From Myxococcota bacterium (GTDB lineage: Bacteria; Myxococcota; JACRCW01): a stretch of 45,287 bases of DNA. Shown piece by piece: positions 1 through 10,899 of this stretch. The translations under genes and the position numbers were made by a program. Within the stretch, counting starts at the first letter, position 1. Each line of letters begins with the position of its first letter. The notes under the pieces were generated by a model. It searched no databases and was not told the DNA's origin. It saw only the letters and a list, made by a program, of their open reading frames with translations. Location of the stretch: positions 1-45,287 of the forward strand of contig JBFMGU010000063.1 in the NCBI GenBank assembly GCA_040752415.1, read 5' to 3'.

Positions 1-123
1 TCTCCGCCCAATGGGATGGGCGCGGCCGGCACCTTGGGAGTGCGGTCTGAAATACCGCTTTGGCCGGAGCTGTTCGGGCTCAACCGGAGTCTTCCAGATG
101 TGAAGGAACTTCTGGCCAGCTAC

Positions 124-930
124 TTAGACCGCGCGTGGTGCCTTGGGCCGGGCGGGCAGGAGCTCGGACAGCGCGGACCGGACTTCGTCGTTCTTCGCGT
201 TGGCAGGAATCCCCAGCGGACAGCGTTCCGGCCGACGCAAGCCGTCCTCGTGACCAAACCAGCCACCGTCGGGGACCTCGGGCAGGGGCACACCAGGGGC
301 ACGCCGCGTGAGGTGCACCACCGCACCCACCCAATCCAGTGGCTCAAGGGAAATCTTCAACGCGCCCTTGGAAACGGAGCCCTTCAGGTCACGCCATAGC
401 GCCTCGTGATCGGGGTCCTCCGACGCGTCCCGCGTCATTTCATAGGCCACCCAGGAGGGCATTGGCGCGTTGGGGTGGTCACGTCGGAACCAGGCGCCCA
501 GCTTCTCCTGCCACGCCGTGTCGCGCAGCACGCGGCCGTTCATGGTGTGCAGGTACGTGTACACGTCGACGAGATACTCGCCCGCCGGCACCTCCACGCC
601 GTGCGCCGTGCCTTCCGACTCGCCGTCGAGCCAACCCTGCAGCACGTCCGGGTCAAACCCGGAGAGGACCACCAGCTTCCCGTAGGGGAGGTTCAATGCG
701 CCCTGCACGTGCGTGATCCACTCGCGCTGCTCCGGCTCCGTCAGCGGCTCGTCGACAACAACGCGGACCACGAAGGAGTCATCCCCCACCAGCCCAAGCA
801 ACAGTGCGTCGCGCGCGCGGGCCAACGCTTCGTCATTCTGCCGGCCATCCTCGATCACCCGCGAGGCGGCCGACCGCGGCACCAGACTCCACGCGCCAGA
901 GTCATTCTGCAGGAAAACGTCCGATCTCAT
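124..930 (-). CDS. Hypothetical protein (268 aa)
   Basis: ATG-started ORF with globular-protein composition and GC-rich third codon positions; overlapping + frames are Arg/Pro-rich shadows. No family recognised. Confidence 0.75.
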   Translation of the reverse strand: MRSDVFLQNDSGAWSLVPRSAASRVIEDGRQNDEALARARDALLLGLVGDDSFVVRVVVDEPLTEPEQREWITHVQGALNLPYGKLVVLSGFDPDVLQGWLDGESEGTAHGVEVPAGEYLVDVYTYLHTMNGRVLRDTAWQEKLGAWFRRDHPNAPMPSWVAYEMTRDASEDPDHEALWRDLKGSVSKGALKISLEPLDWVGAVVHLTRRAPGVPLPEVPDGGWFGHEDGLRRPERCPLGIPANAKNDEVRSALSELLPARPKAPRAV

Positions 931-1084
931 GCGCTCGCCCCGTGTTGGAACCGCGCCCAGTGTTGACGATTTCCCGCCGGAAGAGAATGCGCGGGAGACC
1001 CATCGCCTTCACGCGCATCCGCGGGTGGTCGCGGCGATTCCTGACGCGTGTCGGGTCGCACAAGCCCAGCGGCGTCGAGCAGCG

Positions 1085-1756
1085 CTACCGAAACTGCTTG
1101 AACCGCTCGTGCTGATGCACGCCAGCGTCCCGGGTGCCCGCCCGGCCAGCCTTGAAGCGCTTCAGCCGTGCGAAGTCCTCCCGGGCCCGCTCGTCCAGTG
1201 CGTTCTCCACCCGCGCGAGCTCCCGCGCGAGCGCCGGAAGCACGAGATGCTCCAGCGCGTTGATGCGCCGCGAGGTGTTGTGGATGGCCTCACCCACGCG
1301 TTTGAGCCGGGCTTCGTCGGAACAGATGCCAAGCATGAGCTCCAGCACCTCCTCGTGGAGCAGGGCCGCCTGGCCCGCGGCCAGCGTCAGCTCCCATGGC
1401 GAGGCGCCGCGGGCGTCGGGCGAGCGGACGAGGCGGGGCGCGCGCACCGTCGGCACCGGGATCCCCCACACCCGGCGGGTATCCACCTCCACCGGCACCT
1501 GGCGCGCGCCGGCCAGCGCCAGCGATTCCAGCACCACCTCCCCGTCGAGGGCCCGGGCCAGTGCCAGCGCCTTGACCGCCTCGCGCAGCCGCTCGTCGAG
1601 GCGCACGCGCTCCGCCACCACCCCTCGCACCGCCGCCAGCAGCTCGACGGCCAGCGCTTCCCGCTTGGCGCGCAGCAGCTCCGCACCACGTTCAGCCACG
1701 CGCCGGGTCGCCCTGCCCGCCAGCAGCGCCATGCGTGTCGCCGGCAATCTCTCCAT
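1085..1756 (-). CDS. atpD: V/A-type ATP synthase subunit D (central stalk)
   Basis: PATRM..L, ELLRAKREAL, TSRRINALEHLVLP and LDERAREDFARLKRFK motifs; last gene of the operon. Confidence 0.95.
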   Translation of the reverse strand: MERLPATRMALLAGRATRRVAERGAELLRAKREALAVELLAAVRGVVAERVRLDERLREAVKALALARALDGEVVLESLALAGARQVPVEVDTRRVWGIPVPTVRAPRLVRSPDARGASPWELTLAAGQAALLHEEVLELMLGICSDEARLKRVGEAIHNTSRRINALEHLVLPALARELARVENALDERAREDFARLKRFKAGRAGTRDAGVHQHERFKQFR

Positions 1757-3131
1757 GAAGCGCTCCCTGGGGGCGATAGCGCGCGATCAGTGACTCCGGG
1801 ATGCGGTTGAGCGCCGCGGGTGCAAACCCCGCGAGCATCTGCCAGCCCGTCTCCAGCGTCTCGCCGATGGTGCGTCGCTGCGCGCCCTGGTGGATGAAAC
1901 CCTGCTCGAACCTCTCGGCAAAGGCCAGGAGGCCCCGCTGTTCCGTCGTCAGGCCCTCCGCTCCCACAATGGCCTCCATCCGCCGCACCTCCCGGCCACG
2001 CGCGTAGAAGGCGTAGAGCTGGTCGGCAAGCGCCCGGTGATCCTCGCGGGTGCGCCCCGGGCCAATCCCCCCGTTCATGAGCCGCGACAACGACGGGAGC
2101 ACGTCAATGGGCGGAAACACGCCCCGACGGTGAAGCTCACGCGAGAGGACGAGCTGCCCCTCGGTCACGTAGCCGGTCAGGTCGGGCACGGGGTGGGTGA
2201 TGTCGTCGTCGGGCATGGTGACAATGGGGAGCTGGGTCACCGAGCCGGCGCGTCCTTGGATCAGCCCGGCGCGCTCGTAGATGCTCGCCAGGTCCGTGTA
2301 CATGTCGCCGGGATAGCCACGACGCGCGGGGATCTCCTCGCGAGCCAGCGCCACCTCACGCAGCGCTTCGCAGTAGCTGGTCATGTCGGTGAGGATCACC
2401 AGCACGTGAATCCCATGGTTGAAGGCGAGGAACTCCGCCAGGCTGAGCGCGCACCGCGGGGCCAGCAGGCGCTCGATGGTCGGGTCCGAGGCGCGGTTGA
2501 GGATCACCGCCGTGCGCTCGGCCACGTCCTGGAAGCTCGCCAGGTAGAAGTCCGCCTCGCGGGCGGGAATACCCATGCCGCAGAACACCACGGCAAAGGG
2601 CTCGCCGCCCGCCACGCGCGCCTGGCGCACAACCTGGGCCGCCAGTCGCGGCGCGGGCAGCCCGGCACCCGAGAAGATGGGGAGCTTCTGACCGCGCACC
2701 AGCGTGGCCAGCCCGTCGATGGCCGAGATGCCGGTCTCGATGAGCTCGGCGGGCCGGGCACGCCGCACCGGGTTGATCGGCACGCCGCCGAGGGGGAGCA
2801 CGGCCTCGGGGACCGGTGGCGGCAATCCGTCGCTGGGCCGCCCCATTCCGTCGAGCACACGGCCCAGCATTCCCCGCCCCACCGCCAACGTGGCCACCTC
2901 GCCGGTGAACGTCACCTCGGCGTCATCCGGGCGGAGCCCCAGCGTCTCCTCCAGGACCTGGATCACGGCATGTTGCTCCGAGAGCTCGATCACCTGGCCG
3001 CGGCGCTCCCCGTCCGGCATGCGGATGAGCACCATCTCACCGAGGCGAACCCGCGGCGGCGCCTGCACGAAGAGGAGCGGCCCCGCCACGCCGCCGACGG
3101 CGCGGGAGCGACGCGTGACCAGGTCCCTCAC
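1692..3131 (-). CDS. atpB: V/A-type ATP synthase subunit B
   Basis: [71 protein letters not shown] start at 3131 after GGAGG, overlapping the subunit A stop (GTGA). Confidence 0.96.
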   Translation of the reverse strand: MRDLVTRRSRAVGGVAGPLLFVQAPPRVRLGEMVLIRMPDGERRGQVIELSEQHAVIQVLEETLGLRPDDAEVTFTGEVATLAVGRGMLGRVLDGMGRPSDGLPPPVPEAVLPLGGVPINPVRRARPAELIETGISAIDGLATLVRGQKLPIFSGAGLPAPRLAAQVVRQARVAGGEPFAVVFCGMGIPAREADFYLASFQDVAERTAVILNRASDPTIERLLAPRCALSLAEFLAFNHGIHVLVILTDMTSYCEALREVALAREEIPARRGYPGDMYTDLASIYERAGLIQGRAGSVTQLPIVTMPDDDITHPVPDLTGYVTEGQLVLSRELHRRGVFPPIDVLPSLSRLMNGGIGPGRTREDHRALADQLYAFYARGREVRRMEAIVGAEGLTTEQRGLLAFAERFEQGFIHQGAQRRTIGETLETGWQMLAGFAPAALNRIPESLIARYRPQGALHGEIAGDTHGAAGGQGDPARG

Positions 3132-4867
3132 GGTCCACCTCCCGGCTCGTGTTCCATCTGCTGCAGCAGTCCCGCTCCCACCTGCTCGATCTCGTCGGGG
3201 GGAACCTCGGCCAGACGAAGCAGGCGCTCCCCCACCGGCCCTCCAACGATCCGCGCCAGCGGCACGCCTGCCTTGAGATGTCGCTCCGCCGTGCGACGGA
3301 AGTGGATGAGCAGGCGCAGCATCCACAGCGTCTTTGCCGGCGGGCAGGAGGCATCCCGCTCGCTGAGCGCGCTCTGGCGCAACACGCCCTCCCGCAACAG
3401 TCGCGCGGCTTCCAGCACCAACCGCTCCTCGTCGGGGATGCCCTCGGTCCCCACCAGCTGCACCAGCTCCGCGAGCTGACGCTCGGCCTGCAGCAGCCGG
3501 AGGGCCTCGTCACGCAAGGCCAGCCATTCCGACCCGAGCTGCTCACGCATCCAGGGCTCCAGCGACTCGACGTACAAGGAGAAGCTCTGCCCCCAGTCGA
3601 CGGCGGGGAAGTGCCGTTGCTGGGCCAGCTCCACGCTGAGCGCCCAGAGCGCCCCCGCAATGCGCAGCGAGGCCTGTGTCACCGGCTCCGAGAAATCGCC
3701 CCCCGGCGGAGACACCGCGCCCACCAGGGTCACGGCGCCTGCACCGTCGCCGGAGAGGGGAACCACGCGGCCCGCGCGCTCGTAGAACCGGGCCAGGCGC
3801 GCGGCCAGGTAGGTGGGGTAGCCCTCCTCGCCGGGCATCTCCTCCAGCCGCGACGAGATCTCACGCAACGCCTCGGCCCAGCGCGAGGTGCTGTCGGCGA
3901 GCAATGCCGCCTGGTAGCCCATGTCGCGGAAGTACTCGGCGATGGTGATGCCGGTGTAGATGGACGCCTCTCGCGCAGCCACCGGCATGTTGGAGGTGTT
4001 GACGACGAACACCATCCGCTCCGCCAGCGGCGCGCCGGTGCGGGGATCCTGCAGGGTGGGGAGCTCCGCGAGCAGCTCCGTCAGCTCGTTGCCGCGCTCC
4101 CCACAGCCCACGAAGATGACGATGTCCGCGGCAGTGAACTTGGCCAGCGTCTGCTCAAGCACGGTCTTGCCCGTCCCGAAACCGCCGGGCAGCACGGCCG
4201 TCCCCCCGACGGCGACGGGGAACAGGCAATCGAGGACGCGCTGCCCGGTGAGGAGGGGGACGGTGGCCGGGAGCCTGCGGCGGAACGGACGCGCACGCTT
4301 GGCGGGCCAGCGTTGGAGCAAGGTGATGGGTTGCCCGTCGTCGAGCACCACCGCCGGGTCCGTGACGGTGAGCTCGCCCTCCCGCACCTCGCGCACCGTA
4401 CCGCCCATCCCCGGCGGAACCAGGACGCGGTGCACCAGGCTTGCAGTCTCCGCCACCTCACCCACCACCGCACCGGCCTCGACGCGGTCACCCGGTTTCA
4501 CCGCGGCATGGAACCGCCAGCGTCGTTGCCGGTCGAGCGCGGGGATGCTGCCGCCACGGCCGATGAAGTCCCCCGTGCCCGCAGCCAGCGCCGGCAGCGG
4601 CCGCTGCACGCCGTCGAACACCTGTCCCAGCAGCCCGGGGCCAAGCTCGACCGTGAGGGGCATCCCGGTTCCCACCACCGGCTCGCCGAGGGAGAGACCC
4701 GTGGTGTCCTCGTAGACCTGGAGCGTGGCCAGGTCTCCCTGGAGCCGAATCACCTCGCCCAGGAGCGCCGCCGCGCCCACCCTGACCAGGTCGCCCAAGG
4801 CCGCGCCCACCAGGCCGCGCGCCGTCACGGTGGGTCCGGAGACCCGGATGATGGAGCCTGCGCTCAT
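3128..4867 (-). CDS. atpA: V/A-type ATP synthase catalytic subunit A
   Basis: Walker [67 protein letters not shown] 4867 overlaps the F-subunit stop (ATGA). No intein seen. Confidence 0.97.
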   Translation of the reverse strand: MSAGSIIRVSGPTVTARGLVGAALGDLVRVGAAALLGEVIRLQGDLATLQVYEDTTGLSLGEPVVGTGMPLTVELGPGLLGQVFDGVQRPLPALAAGTGDFIGRGGSIPALDRQRRWRFHAAVKPGDRVEAGAVVGEVAETASLVHRVLVPPGMGGTVREVREGELTVTDPAVVLDDGQPITLLQRWPAKRARPFRRRLPATVPLLTGQRVLDCLFPVAVGGTAVLPGGFGTGKTVLEQTLAKFTAADIVIFVGCGERGNELTELLAELPTLQDPRTGAPLAERMVFVVNTSNMPVAAREASIYTGITIAEYFRDMGYQAALLADSTSRWAEALREISSRLEEMPGEEGYPTYLAARLARFYERAGRVVPLSGDGAGAVTLVGAVSPPGGDFSEPVTQASLRIAGALWALSVELAQQRHFPAVDWGQSFSLYVESLEPWMREQLGSEWLALRDEALRLLQAERQLAELVQLVGTEGIPDEERLVLEAARLLREGVLRQSALSERDASCPPAKTLWMLRLLIHFRRTAERHLKAGVPLARIVGGPVGERLLRLAEVPPDEIEQVGAGLLQQMEHEPGGGP

Positions 4868-5196
4868 CGCGACAACCTCACGTGATAGCCAATGGCCCGA
4901 CGGACGAGCGCGCCGACGTAGCTCTCGGCCCGCCCCGGCTCCGCAAGTCGGTGCGGCAACGTGAAGGGGAAGAGCACGGGGCGCCCGCGGCGCTCCACCT
5001 GCGCGAGCAGGACCTCGGGGACGCGGCCCAGGACGCGCTCGTCGATGGCGATCACGCCCACGTCCTCCCGGCGAAACAGCGGCGCCAGCCGTTCCGCCTC
5101 CGCGCCTTCCGTCACCTCCTCCACACCCACTCCGGCAAGACGGAACCCCAGGCCGTCGCCGGGTCGGGTCACGACCATGAGCGTGCCTGCCGTCAT
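4864..5196 (-). CDS. atpF: V/A-type ATP synthase subunit F
   Basis: GFRLAGV at the N-terminus, VRRAIG at the C-terminus, 110 aa, between C and A. Confidence 0.93.
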   Translation of the reverse strand: MTAGTLMVVTRPGDGLGFRLAGVGVEEVTEGAEAERLAPLFRREDVGVIAIDERVLGRVPEVLLAQVERRGRPVLFPFTLPHRLAEPGRAESYVGALVRRAIGYHVRLSR

Positions 5197-6216
5197 CTAC
5201 TCCTCCCTCGTCGCCAACTCCGCCAACTCCTCCGCTGGCAGGCCCAGCTCGGTCCCCTCGAGGACCAGACGGATGCGCCGCACCTCTTCTTCCCGCTCGA
5301 GAAGGAAGTGCAACGGCACCGCCAGGGAAAGCGGATGGAGGCGCGCCGCGCGGCGCAAGAACGCGCGCAGCCGGGCCTGGACGTACCGACCCAGGCGGAC
5401 CGGATCCACGCGGCCGTCGACGAGGGCGGGCCCCAGGCGAAGGTTCGGGTCGCGTGCGAGCGCATGGCCACGCTCCTGCGCGGGCATGGCCGCCAGCCGC
5501 TGGAACCGCCGCGCGTCCAGCGTGAGCCCGTCGGGGAGGAAGGCCTCCCGCGCCGCGGCTTCCTCGTCGAGCTGCAGGAGGGTCACGGCGTTGACGAGGT
5601 CCACCTGCAGCCGGACGAACGACAGCAGGATCGCGCCATCCTCGCCAGCGCGTAGGGTCTCCGCGACGGCGCGCGCGAAGCAGAAGCGGTCCAGCGCCAG
5701 CTCGAGGGGCAGCGTGGCGCCGGAGTGGCGGTAGGCGGGAAACGCGTCCCGAAGTGGCGCGGCATACGGGCTGTGCCACGTCGTCAGGAGGTCCAACACC
5801 GCCTTCACCTCGCCCTGGCGAGCCAGCTCGTGGAGCGCCGCCACGTCGAGCTCCGGCGTGGGAACCAGCAGCAGGTGAAACCCGGCGGCGGGCTGGCCGC
5901 GCCCGACGGCGCGCAGGATCGTCTTCAGGTTCCACACGTCGCGGAACGCCATGAGCGCGCCAAACACACGCTGCCGTCGTCCCTCGAGGAGGCGATGGGT
6001 GCGCAACACGTCATGGGCGTGCACGCGGAAGAGCGCCCGGCCCACCTCCCGGACCGTGGCGGCCCCGACGAGGGCGTCGCCGTAGCCCGAGGCACGGAGC
6101 AGCTCGAGGCGCGCCGCCAGGTCGGGCTGCGCCACGAGGTCCATGACACCACGCGGGCCCAGGAGGTGGCCGCGCCAGCCCCGCACGCGGGAGACGACGT
6201 ATTCAATCCCCGGCAT
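5197..6216 (-). CDS. atpC: V/A-type ATP synthase subunit C (d/AC39)
   Basis: [41 protein letters not shown]; 339 aa from ATG 6216; operon position. Confidence 0.9.
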   Translation of the reverse strand: MPGIEYVVSRVRGWRGHLLGPRGVMDLVAQPDLAARLELLRASGYGDALVGAATVREVGRALFRVHAHDVLRTHRLLEGRRQRVFGALMAFRDVWNLKTILRAVGRGQPAAGFHLLLVPTPELDVAALHELARQGEVKAVLDLLTTWHSPYAAPLRDAFPAYRHSGATLPLELALDRFCFARAVAETLRAGEDGAILLSFVRLQVDLVNAVTLLQLDEEAAAREAFLPDGLTLDARRFQRLAAMPAQERGHALARDPNLRLGPALVDGRVDPVRLGRYVQARLRAFLRRAARLHPLSLAVPLHFLLEREEEVRRIRLVLEGTELGLPAEELAELATREE

Positions 6217-6793
6217 CTGCTCGCCCGAACAGGGTGCGTGCCAGCTCCGGCTCAAGGGCCATCCAGGCGCGCTCGAGACGAGAAGGCAGCGTGTTGTCCC
6301 AGGACTGCTGGCCGCTGGACACCATGACGCCGCCGCCCACGCGGGCGGGCGACACGCGTGCGCGCCGCGCCAGGTCCGGGTGGCGGGCCGCGAGATGTTG
6401 GCGCACCGCCTCGACGAGCGAAGCGTCCACCTGCACCTCCACCGGCCCTTCCCCCACCTCACCTGCCACCTCGTCGAGGAGGCGGTTGGCCAGCGTGGCG
6501 TCGCGCGCAGCGGCCAGGCGGGTGGTGAGCTCAGCGCGAAGCTCGTCGAGCAGGCGGCGCATCTCGACGAGCTCCTCCCGCCGCGCTTCCCGGCCCAGCT
6601 CCGCCAGGGCGCGCCGCTCGGCCTCCGCCAGGCGCTCCACCGCTTGCGCCAGGGCCCGCGCGCGTTCCTCGGCCACCTCGCGCCGGGTGTCCGCAACAAG
6701 CTGCTGTGCGTTGCGCGCGGACTCTTCCCGCGCCGCGTGAACCTGGCGGGCCACGTCCTGCTCCAGCGCCTGGACCAGCTCCCGCAACCCCAT
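6203..6793 (-). CDS. atpE: V/A-type ATP synthase subunit E (peripheral stalk)
   Basis: N-terminal coiled coil, C-terminal GGGVMV...WDNTLPSRLER; ATG 6793 overlaps the K stop (TGATG). Confidence 0.88.
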   Translation of the reverse strand: MGLRELVQALEQDVARQVHAAREESARNAQQLVADTRREVAEERARALAQAVERLAEAERRALAELGREARREELVEMRRLLDELRAELTTRLAAARDATLANRLLDEVAGEVGEGPVEVQVDASLVEAVRQHLAARHPDLARRARVSPARVGGGVMVSSGQQSWDNTLPSRLERAWMALEPELARTLFGRADAGD

Positions 6794-7008
6794 CAGCGAA
6801 CCAGGATCAGCACGGCAACGACGAAACCCAGGATGACCATGGTCTCCGGGATGGCGAGCATGACGATCATGCTGCCTTTCAGCTCCGGCTTCTCCGCCAG
6901 GGTTGCCGCGCCCGCCGACCCGATGCGCGACTGTGCCCACCCCGTCGCCAAGGCGGGCAGCCCGACGGCCAGTCCGGCCGCCAGCGCGATGAGTGACTTG
7001 TCATCCAT
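6793..7008 (-). CDS. atpK: V/A-type ATP synthase proteolipid subunit K/c (single hairpin, 71 aa)
   Basis: Two hydrophobic helices, AQSRIGSAG...AEKPE loop, essential Glu in IPET; GGAG RBS upstream. Confidence 0.95.
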   Translation of the reverse strand: MDDKSLIALAAGLAVGLPALATGWAQSRIGSAGAATLAEKPELKGSMIVMLAIPETMVILGFVVAVLILVR

Positions 7009-7027
7009 CCTGGTCTCCTCGGTCGGT

Positions 7028-8881
7028 TCACGACGCCAACGAGAGCGGGGTGTAGGGCTTTCCGCCGGGGACGAAGAACTTGTCGAAGAACTCGACGTAC
7101 TGCAGGCGCAGCGCCTGGATGATCGGGCTGAGCAGTCCCAGCGTGAAGTTCGTGATGTGCAGGAGCACCGCCAGGCCCACCCCCAACACCGCCGGGCGGA
7201 CGGCCACCGCGAGCTGGTTGGCCACCTCGGCGAGCAGGAGCGACGCGAGGCCCACGGCCATCAGGCGCGAGTAGGAGAGCACGTTGCCGAGCGTCCGCAG
7301 CATCTCCAGCGGGGCGAGCCACCCTTCCGTCAGCACCGCCAGCGCCACCAGCGGACCGAGGGCGAGCAGGGCACCACGCTCCAGTTCCCGGGGGAGGAGA
7401 CCGCGATGCGCGGCCGCCGCACTCGCCACGGCACCAAGCACGGCCAGCATGAGCAGGCGCGCGCCCGCGGTCCCACGCTCTCCGGCCCGCCACGCCGTCA
7501 CGACGCCCAGGGAGAGGCCCAGGCCGAGTTGGCTCCCACCGAAGACGAGGACCAGGCCCAGCAAGGGGATGATGGCCTGCCGCCGGTTGTACAGGATGGG
7601 CTCCATCCCGACGAAACGGCCGAGGTCGCCGAACAGCTCGCCGAAGAGGAATCCGAACCCCGTGGCGCTCACCGCGCAGGCCAAGGCCACCGCCGCGACA
7701 TCGCGTCCGACGGCGCCGCCCCAGTGCCGCTTCCACCCGACGAGCGCCAGGAGCAGGAGCGTCAATCCCATCCCCACGTCGGCCAGGATGAGCCCGAAGC
7801 AGAGTGGAAAGAAGACGGCGAGGAGCGGCGTGGGATCCAAAGAGCCGTAGCGGGGGAGCGGTTGCAGCGCCAGGAGCACCTCGAAGGGACGCAGCCACGA
7901 CGGGTTTTTCAGCACCACCGGCACGGCATCGTATTCCGCGGGCGTCACGGGAAGCGCCAGCAGCGTGATGGTTCCGTGGTGCGCGCGGGTGAGCGCCTGG
8001 TGGAGCGCGGCGACGTCGTCGACGGGCACCCACCCGGCAACCACGAAGGCGTGCCGGGTTTGCGCGCACAGGCCGGCTGCGCGGAGCCAGGCAAGGCGGT
8101 TCCTCGCCTCGCGCAGCGCCGCGGTCAGGGGCCCATGCCACCGCTCGCCCAGACTGACCCACTGCTTGCGGCAACGTTCGATCTCGTCGGCCAGCTCGCG
8201 ACGACGGGCGAGCAGCGTCTTGACCCCCTGGGCCAAGGGCTGGCCGGCATAGCGCTCCGGCAGCTTCACCTCGCCGATGCCGCGCTCGAACAGCAGGCGG
8301 GTGAGTTGGGGCGTGAGCTCCCGCGGCAGGGTGACCAGGCCAGCCAGGTGCTCCTCGTCGATCTCGCGGAGCACAAGCGCGTGGGCGCCGCCAGTGATGC
8401 GCGTCAGCTCCCTGCCAAGGAGGGCCGCCGTGTCCTGCTGGCGACGGACGAGGACACCCACCGCGTCCAGGTGGCGGGCGCCCTCCAGCTCGTGCAGCAA
8501 CGGCGCAATGGCGACGAGGAGCCGCTCGTAGCGGGCCAGCAGCGCACGCTCCTCCTCCAGCGCGGCACGCCTCTCCTCCAGGGCGCGGATGGTGGCCTGC
8601 AGCTCCTCGAGTTGAAGCGGGGCCTCCGGCGCCATCACGCTCTGCGGCGGATGGCCTGGCCGGGGCAGCCGGCCAAGCGTGTCCTCGATCATCCCGATCG
8701 TTCTCTGCAGCTCCGCCTGGGTCGCAGCATCCCCGCGGGGCGTTCCCGCCGTTCCCCCGTCGGGCCGGTCAGCCGGCAACGGACGGAGCTGCAGCGTCCC
8801 CAGGGTCTGCAGCAGGTGCAGGACGTCGGGGAGAAGCCGTCGCGGTCCCATGACCAGCACGCGGGCCATACGCACGATCAC
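7028..8881 (-). CDS. atpI: V/A-type ATP synthase subunit I (a)
   Basis: GWVP, PVVLKNP, DPTP...FGLILADVG.G, NVLSYSRLMAVG (essential Arg), IQALRLQYVEFFDKF; GTG start overlaps the upstream stop. Confidence 0.96.
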   Translation of the reverse strand: MIVRMARVLVMGPRRLLPDVLHLLQTLGTLQLRPLPADRPDGGTAGTPRGDAATQAELQRTIGMIEDTLGRLPRPGHPPQSVMAPEAPLQLEELQATIRALEERRAALEEERALLARYERLLVAIAPLLHELEGARHLDAVGVLVRRQQDTAALLGRELTRITGGAHALVLREIDEEHLAGLVTLPRELTPQLTRLLFERGIGEVKLPERYAGQPLAQGVKTLLARRRELADEIERCRKQWVSLGERWHGPLTAALREARNRLAWLRAAGLCAQTRHAFVVAGWVPVDDVAALHQALTRAHHGTITLLALPVTPAEYDAVPVVLKNPSWLRPFEVLLALQPLPRYGSLDPTPLLAVFFPLCFGLILADVGMGLTLLLLALVGWKRHWGGAVGRDVAAVALACAVSATGFGFLFGELFGDLGRFVGMEPILYNRRQAIIPLLGLVLVFGGSQLGLGLSLGVVTAWRAGERGTAGARLLMLAVLGAVASAAAAHRGLLPRELERGALLALGPLVALAVLTEGWLAPLEMLRTLGNVLSYSRLMAVGLASLLLAEVANQLAVAVRPAVLGVGLAVLLHITNFTLGLLSPIIQALRLQYVEFFDKFFVPGGKPYTPLSLAS

Positions 8882-9216
8882 GGCCTCTCTCCCAGCACCT
8901 CGTGGACGACGAGCGCGATGGCTCGTTCACGGTTGGCGTGCGCTGCCTGACGCAGGGCCTCGAGCCGGCGCGCCACCTCCTGGCGCCGCTGCGCGAAAAG
9001 CTCCTCCGTGCGCCGCTGGTGATCCGCGCTCACCCGCGCCAGTTCCTCCGACAGCTCGCCGCGGGCGGCCTGGCGAATGCGGGTGGCCTCGGCACGGGCG
9101 TTGGTGAGCAGCGCTTCGCCCTCGTGCCGCGCCTGCTGCAGGGCGGCGTCGAGCTCGCGCTCCCGCTCGCGCAACTGCTCGAGCACCTCCAGGTCCGTGG
9201 AGCGGTTCGTCGCCAC
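8878..9216 (-). CDS. atpH: V/A-type ATP synthase subunit G/H (peripheral stalk)
   Basis: Glu/Arg/Ala coiled coil of ~112 aa heading the operon. GTG at 9216 follows GGAGG; an alternative start up to 9267 is possible. Confidence 0.8.
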   Translation of the reverse strand: MATNRSTDLEVLEQLRERERELDAALQQARHEGEALLTNARAEATRIRQAARGELSEELARVSADHQRRTEELFAQRRQEVARRLEALRQAAHANRERAIALVVHEVLGERP

Positions 9217-9578
9217 GCGCGGCCTCCCGGGAACCGATCCTTCCAACAGCATAGCGACCGCTCTCACCTCGAGCAGCCCACGCCTCGCGACGAGATGGCT
9301 CCGCGCGGCCGAGGCGAATGCGTCCGCGTCTGCCGGTGGGTCGCTTCCGGCGTGTTCAACTGCTCGGTGCTCCAGGGCTCAGCAATGCCGGGATTCCGCG
9401 ACATTTTCCGATCACGGGTTGCGCTGGCGGATCCGCCGCTGGATGCCGACACGCGCCTGGACGTGCGCCAGAGCGCCAGTGGATGTCCGGGACGGCCGGG
9501 CCATCCTCGAGGGTCGTGCGCCAGGTGGTGGCGACGGAAGGCGGAGCGGGATGGCCACGCGTGTTGCTGGCTCGCAAC

Positions 9579-10739
9579 TCAGCGCAACCATCCGGGCCGG
9601 AACATCAGCAGCCCCGCCAGCAGCAGCATCACGGTGCCGCTGATCAGTTTGAGGATCCGACCGTGCCGCTCCTGCAGCCTGGCGCGGCTCAGCGTGACGA
9701 CGGCAATTCCCACCATGACGGCGTCATCCACCATGTACGCGAAGATGTAGAGCAGCAGGTAGCCCACGTACTGCCAGCGCGGCAGCCCATGCGAGGCGAG
9801 GATGCTGGTGTAGATGGCGGGGAGGCCCGCGGTGCAGAGCAGCTCCACCATGTTCACCAGCACCGCGAGGCCGGCAACGGCGACGAGGGCGGCGGGCAGG
9901 TTCTCCGCCTGCAGGATGGCGCGCGTGCGCGCGTAGATGGTGGGCTTGGCCCGCTCCGGGATGCTGGCGGAGATTCCGCGCCCCCACGCGAAGCAGTCCT
10001 TCACGTTCAGCGCCCCGACCAGGCCCGCCACCACGGCAAGCACCACCTGGACCGCGCGCGACCACCCCATGAGCAGGAACACGTTGAGCCACGCCGCCAT
10101 GAAGGCCAGGTACGCCGCACCGCTGACCAGGACGAACACACCGGCCACCAGCGCCATCTTCCGTCGGTCGTGCAGGTTCACGAGCATGGAGAGCAGGAAC
10201 AACAGCACCCACATGGCGCACGGGTTGAAGCCGTCCAGCAGGCCCACCACCAGCGTGAACAGCGGAAGCCCCAGGCGCGAAGCGCGGAGCGAGCCCCACC
10301 TCCCCGCGTCGATCTCGTCGGGAACGGGAGGTGGCGCACACGGAGCGGGCTCGTCCACGCGGCAGAGGCCTTCTTCCCGGATACCGGGTGGCGCGGCGCC
10401 CTCGAGCAGCGCGAGGATGCGCGGGCCGCTGATGGCCTCGCCGGCAAAGCCCACCAGCAACCGCCCCTCGACGTGGAACGCGGGCACGGACGGAACCGTG
10501 ATGCCGGCCTCACGCGACAGGGTCGCGAGACGGTCGCGGGCCGCGGGATCCTGGTCCACGTGGCGGTAGACCACGCGGACGTCCGGGCGCTCACGCTGCA
10601 ACGCTTCCAGGAAGGCCCGCGCGTCCTCACAGCGCGGACATCCCTGGCGCGTGAACACTTCGAGCTCGACAGGGACGGACGCCCGGGGAGGGACCGCCAT
10701 CGCGGCCAGGGCAAACGTCAACGCCAACGGCCACCGCAT
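9579..10739 (-). CDS. Glutaredoxin/NrdH-redoxin domain membrane protein (DsbD/CcdA-like TM region)
   Basis: Signal peptide MRWPLALTFAL, CPRC thioredoxin-fold motif, SVP cis-Pro loop, TM region with DGFNPCA and ELLCTAG cysteines. Confidence 0.88.
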   Translation of the reverse strand: MRWPLALTFALAAMAVPPRASVPVELEVFTRQGCPRCEDARAFLEALQRERPDVRVVYRHVDQDPAARDRLATLSREAGITVPSVPAFHVEGRLLVGFAGEAISGPRILALLEGAAPPGIREEGLCRVDEPAPCAPPPVPDEIDAGRWGSLRASRLGLPLFTLVVGLLDGFNPCAMWVLLFLLSMLVNLHDRRKMALVAGVFVLVSGAAYLAFMAAWLNVFLLMGWSRAVQVVLAVVAGLVGALNVKDCFAWGRGISASIPERAKPTIYARTRAILQAENLPAALVAVAGLAVLVNMVELLCTAGLPAIYTSILASHGLPRWQYVGYLLLYIFAYMVDDAVMVGIAVVTLSRARLQERHGRILKLISGTVMLLLAGLLMFRPGWLR

Positions 10740-10899
10740 TCCCCGCGCCTCCACCGTTCGAGGTAACGGAGGCAGCCAGGACCACGCCACAAGGGTGCGC
10801 CCCGACGGGAAGGGGCAGCAGGGCCACGTTTGCCGCTCAGCCGGCCAACGGCCCCACGACGCCTCGCGCATCCCCGCCGCTGGGACGGGCTCCGGTCCT

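Noticed and set aside
3128..5935. 935 aa ORF suggesting an N-terminally extended subunit A
   Set aside because: The upstream part is Arg/Pro-rich off-frame read-through over the F and C genes; the real start is ATG 4867.
6143..8950. Long antisense ORFs (also 1890-3479, 10651-12711, 12068-14407, 27088-29193 and others)
   Set aside because: Shadow frames of real genes, expected in high-GC DNA; no domain motifs.
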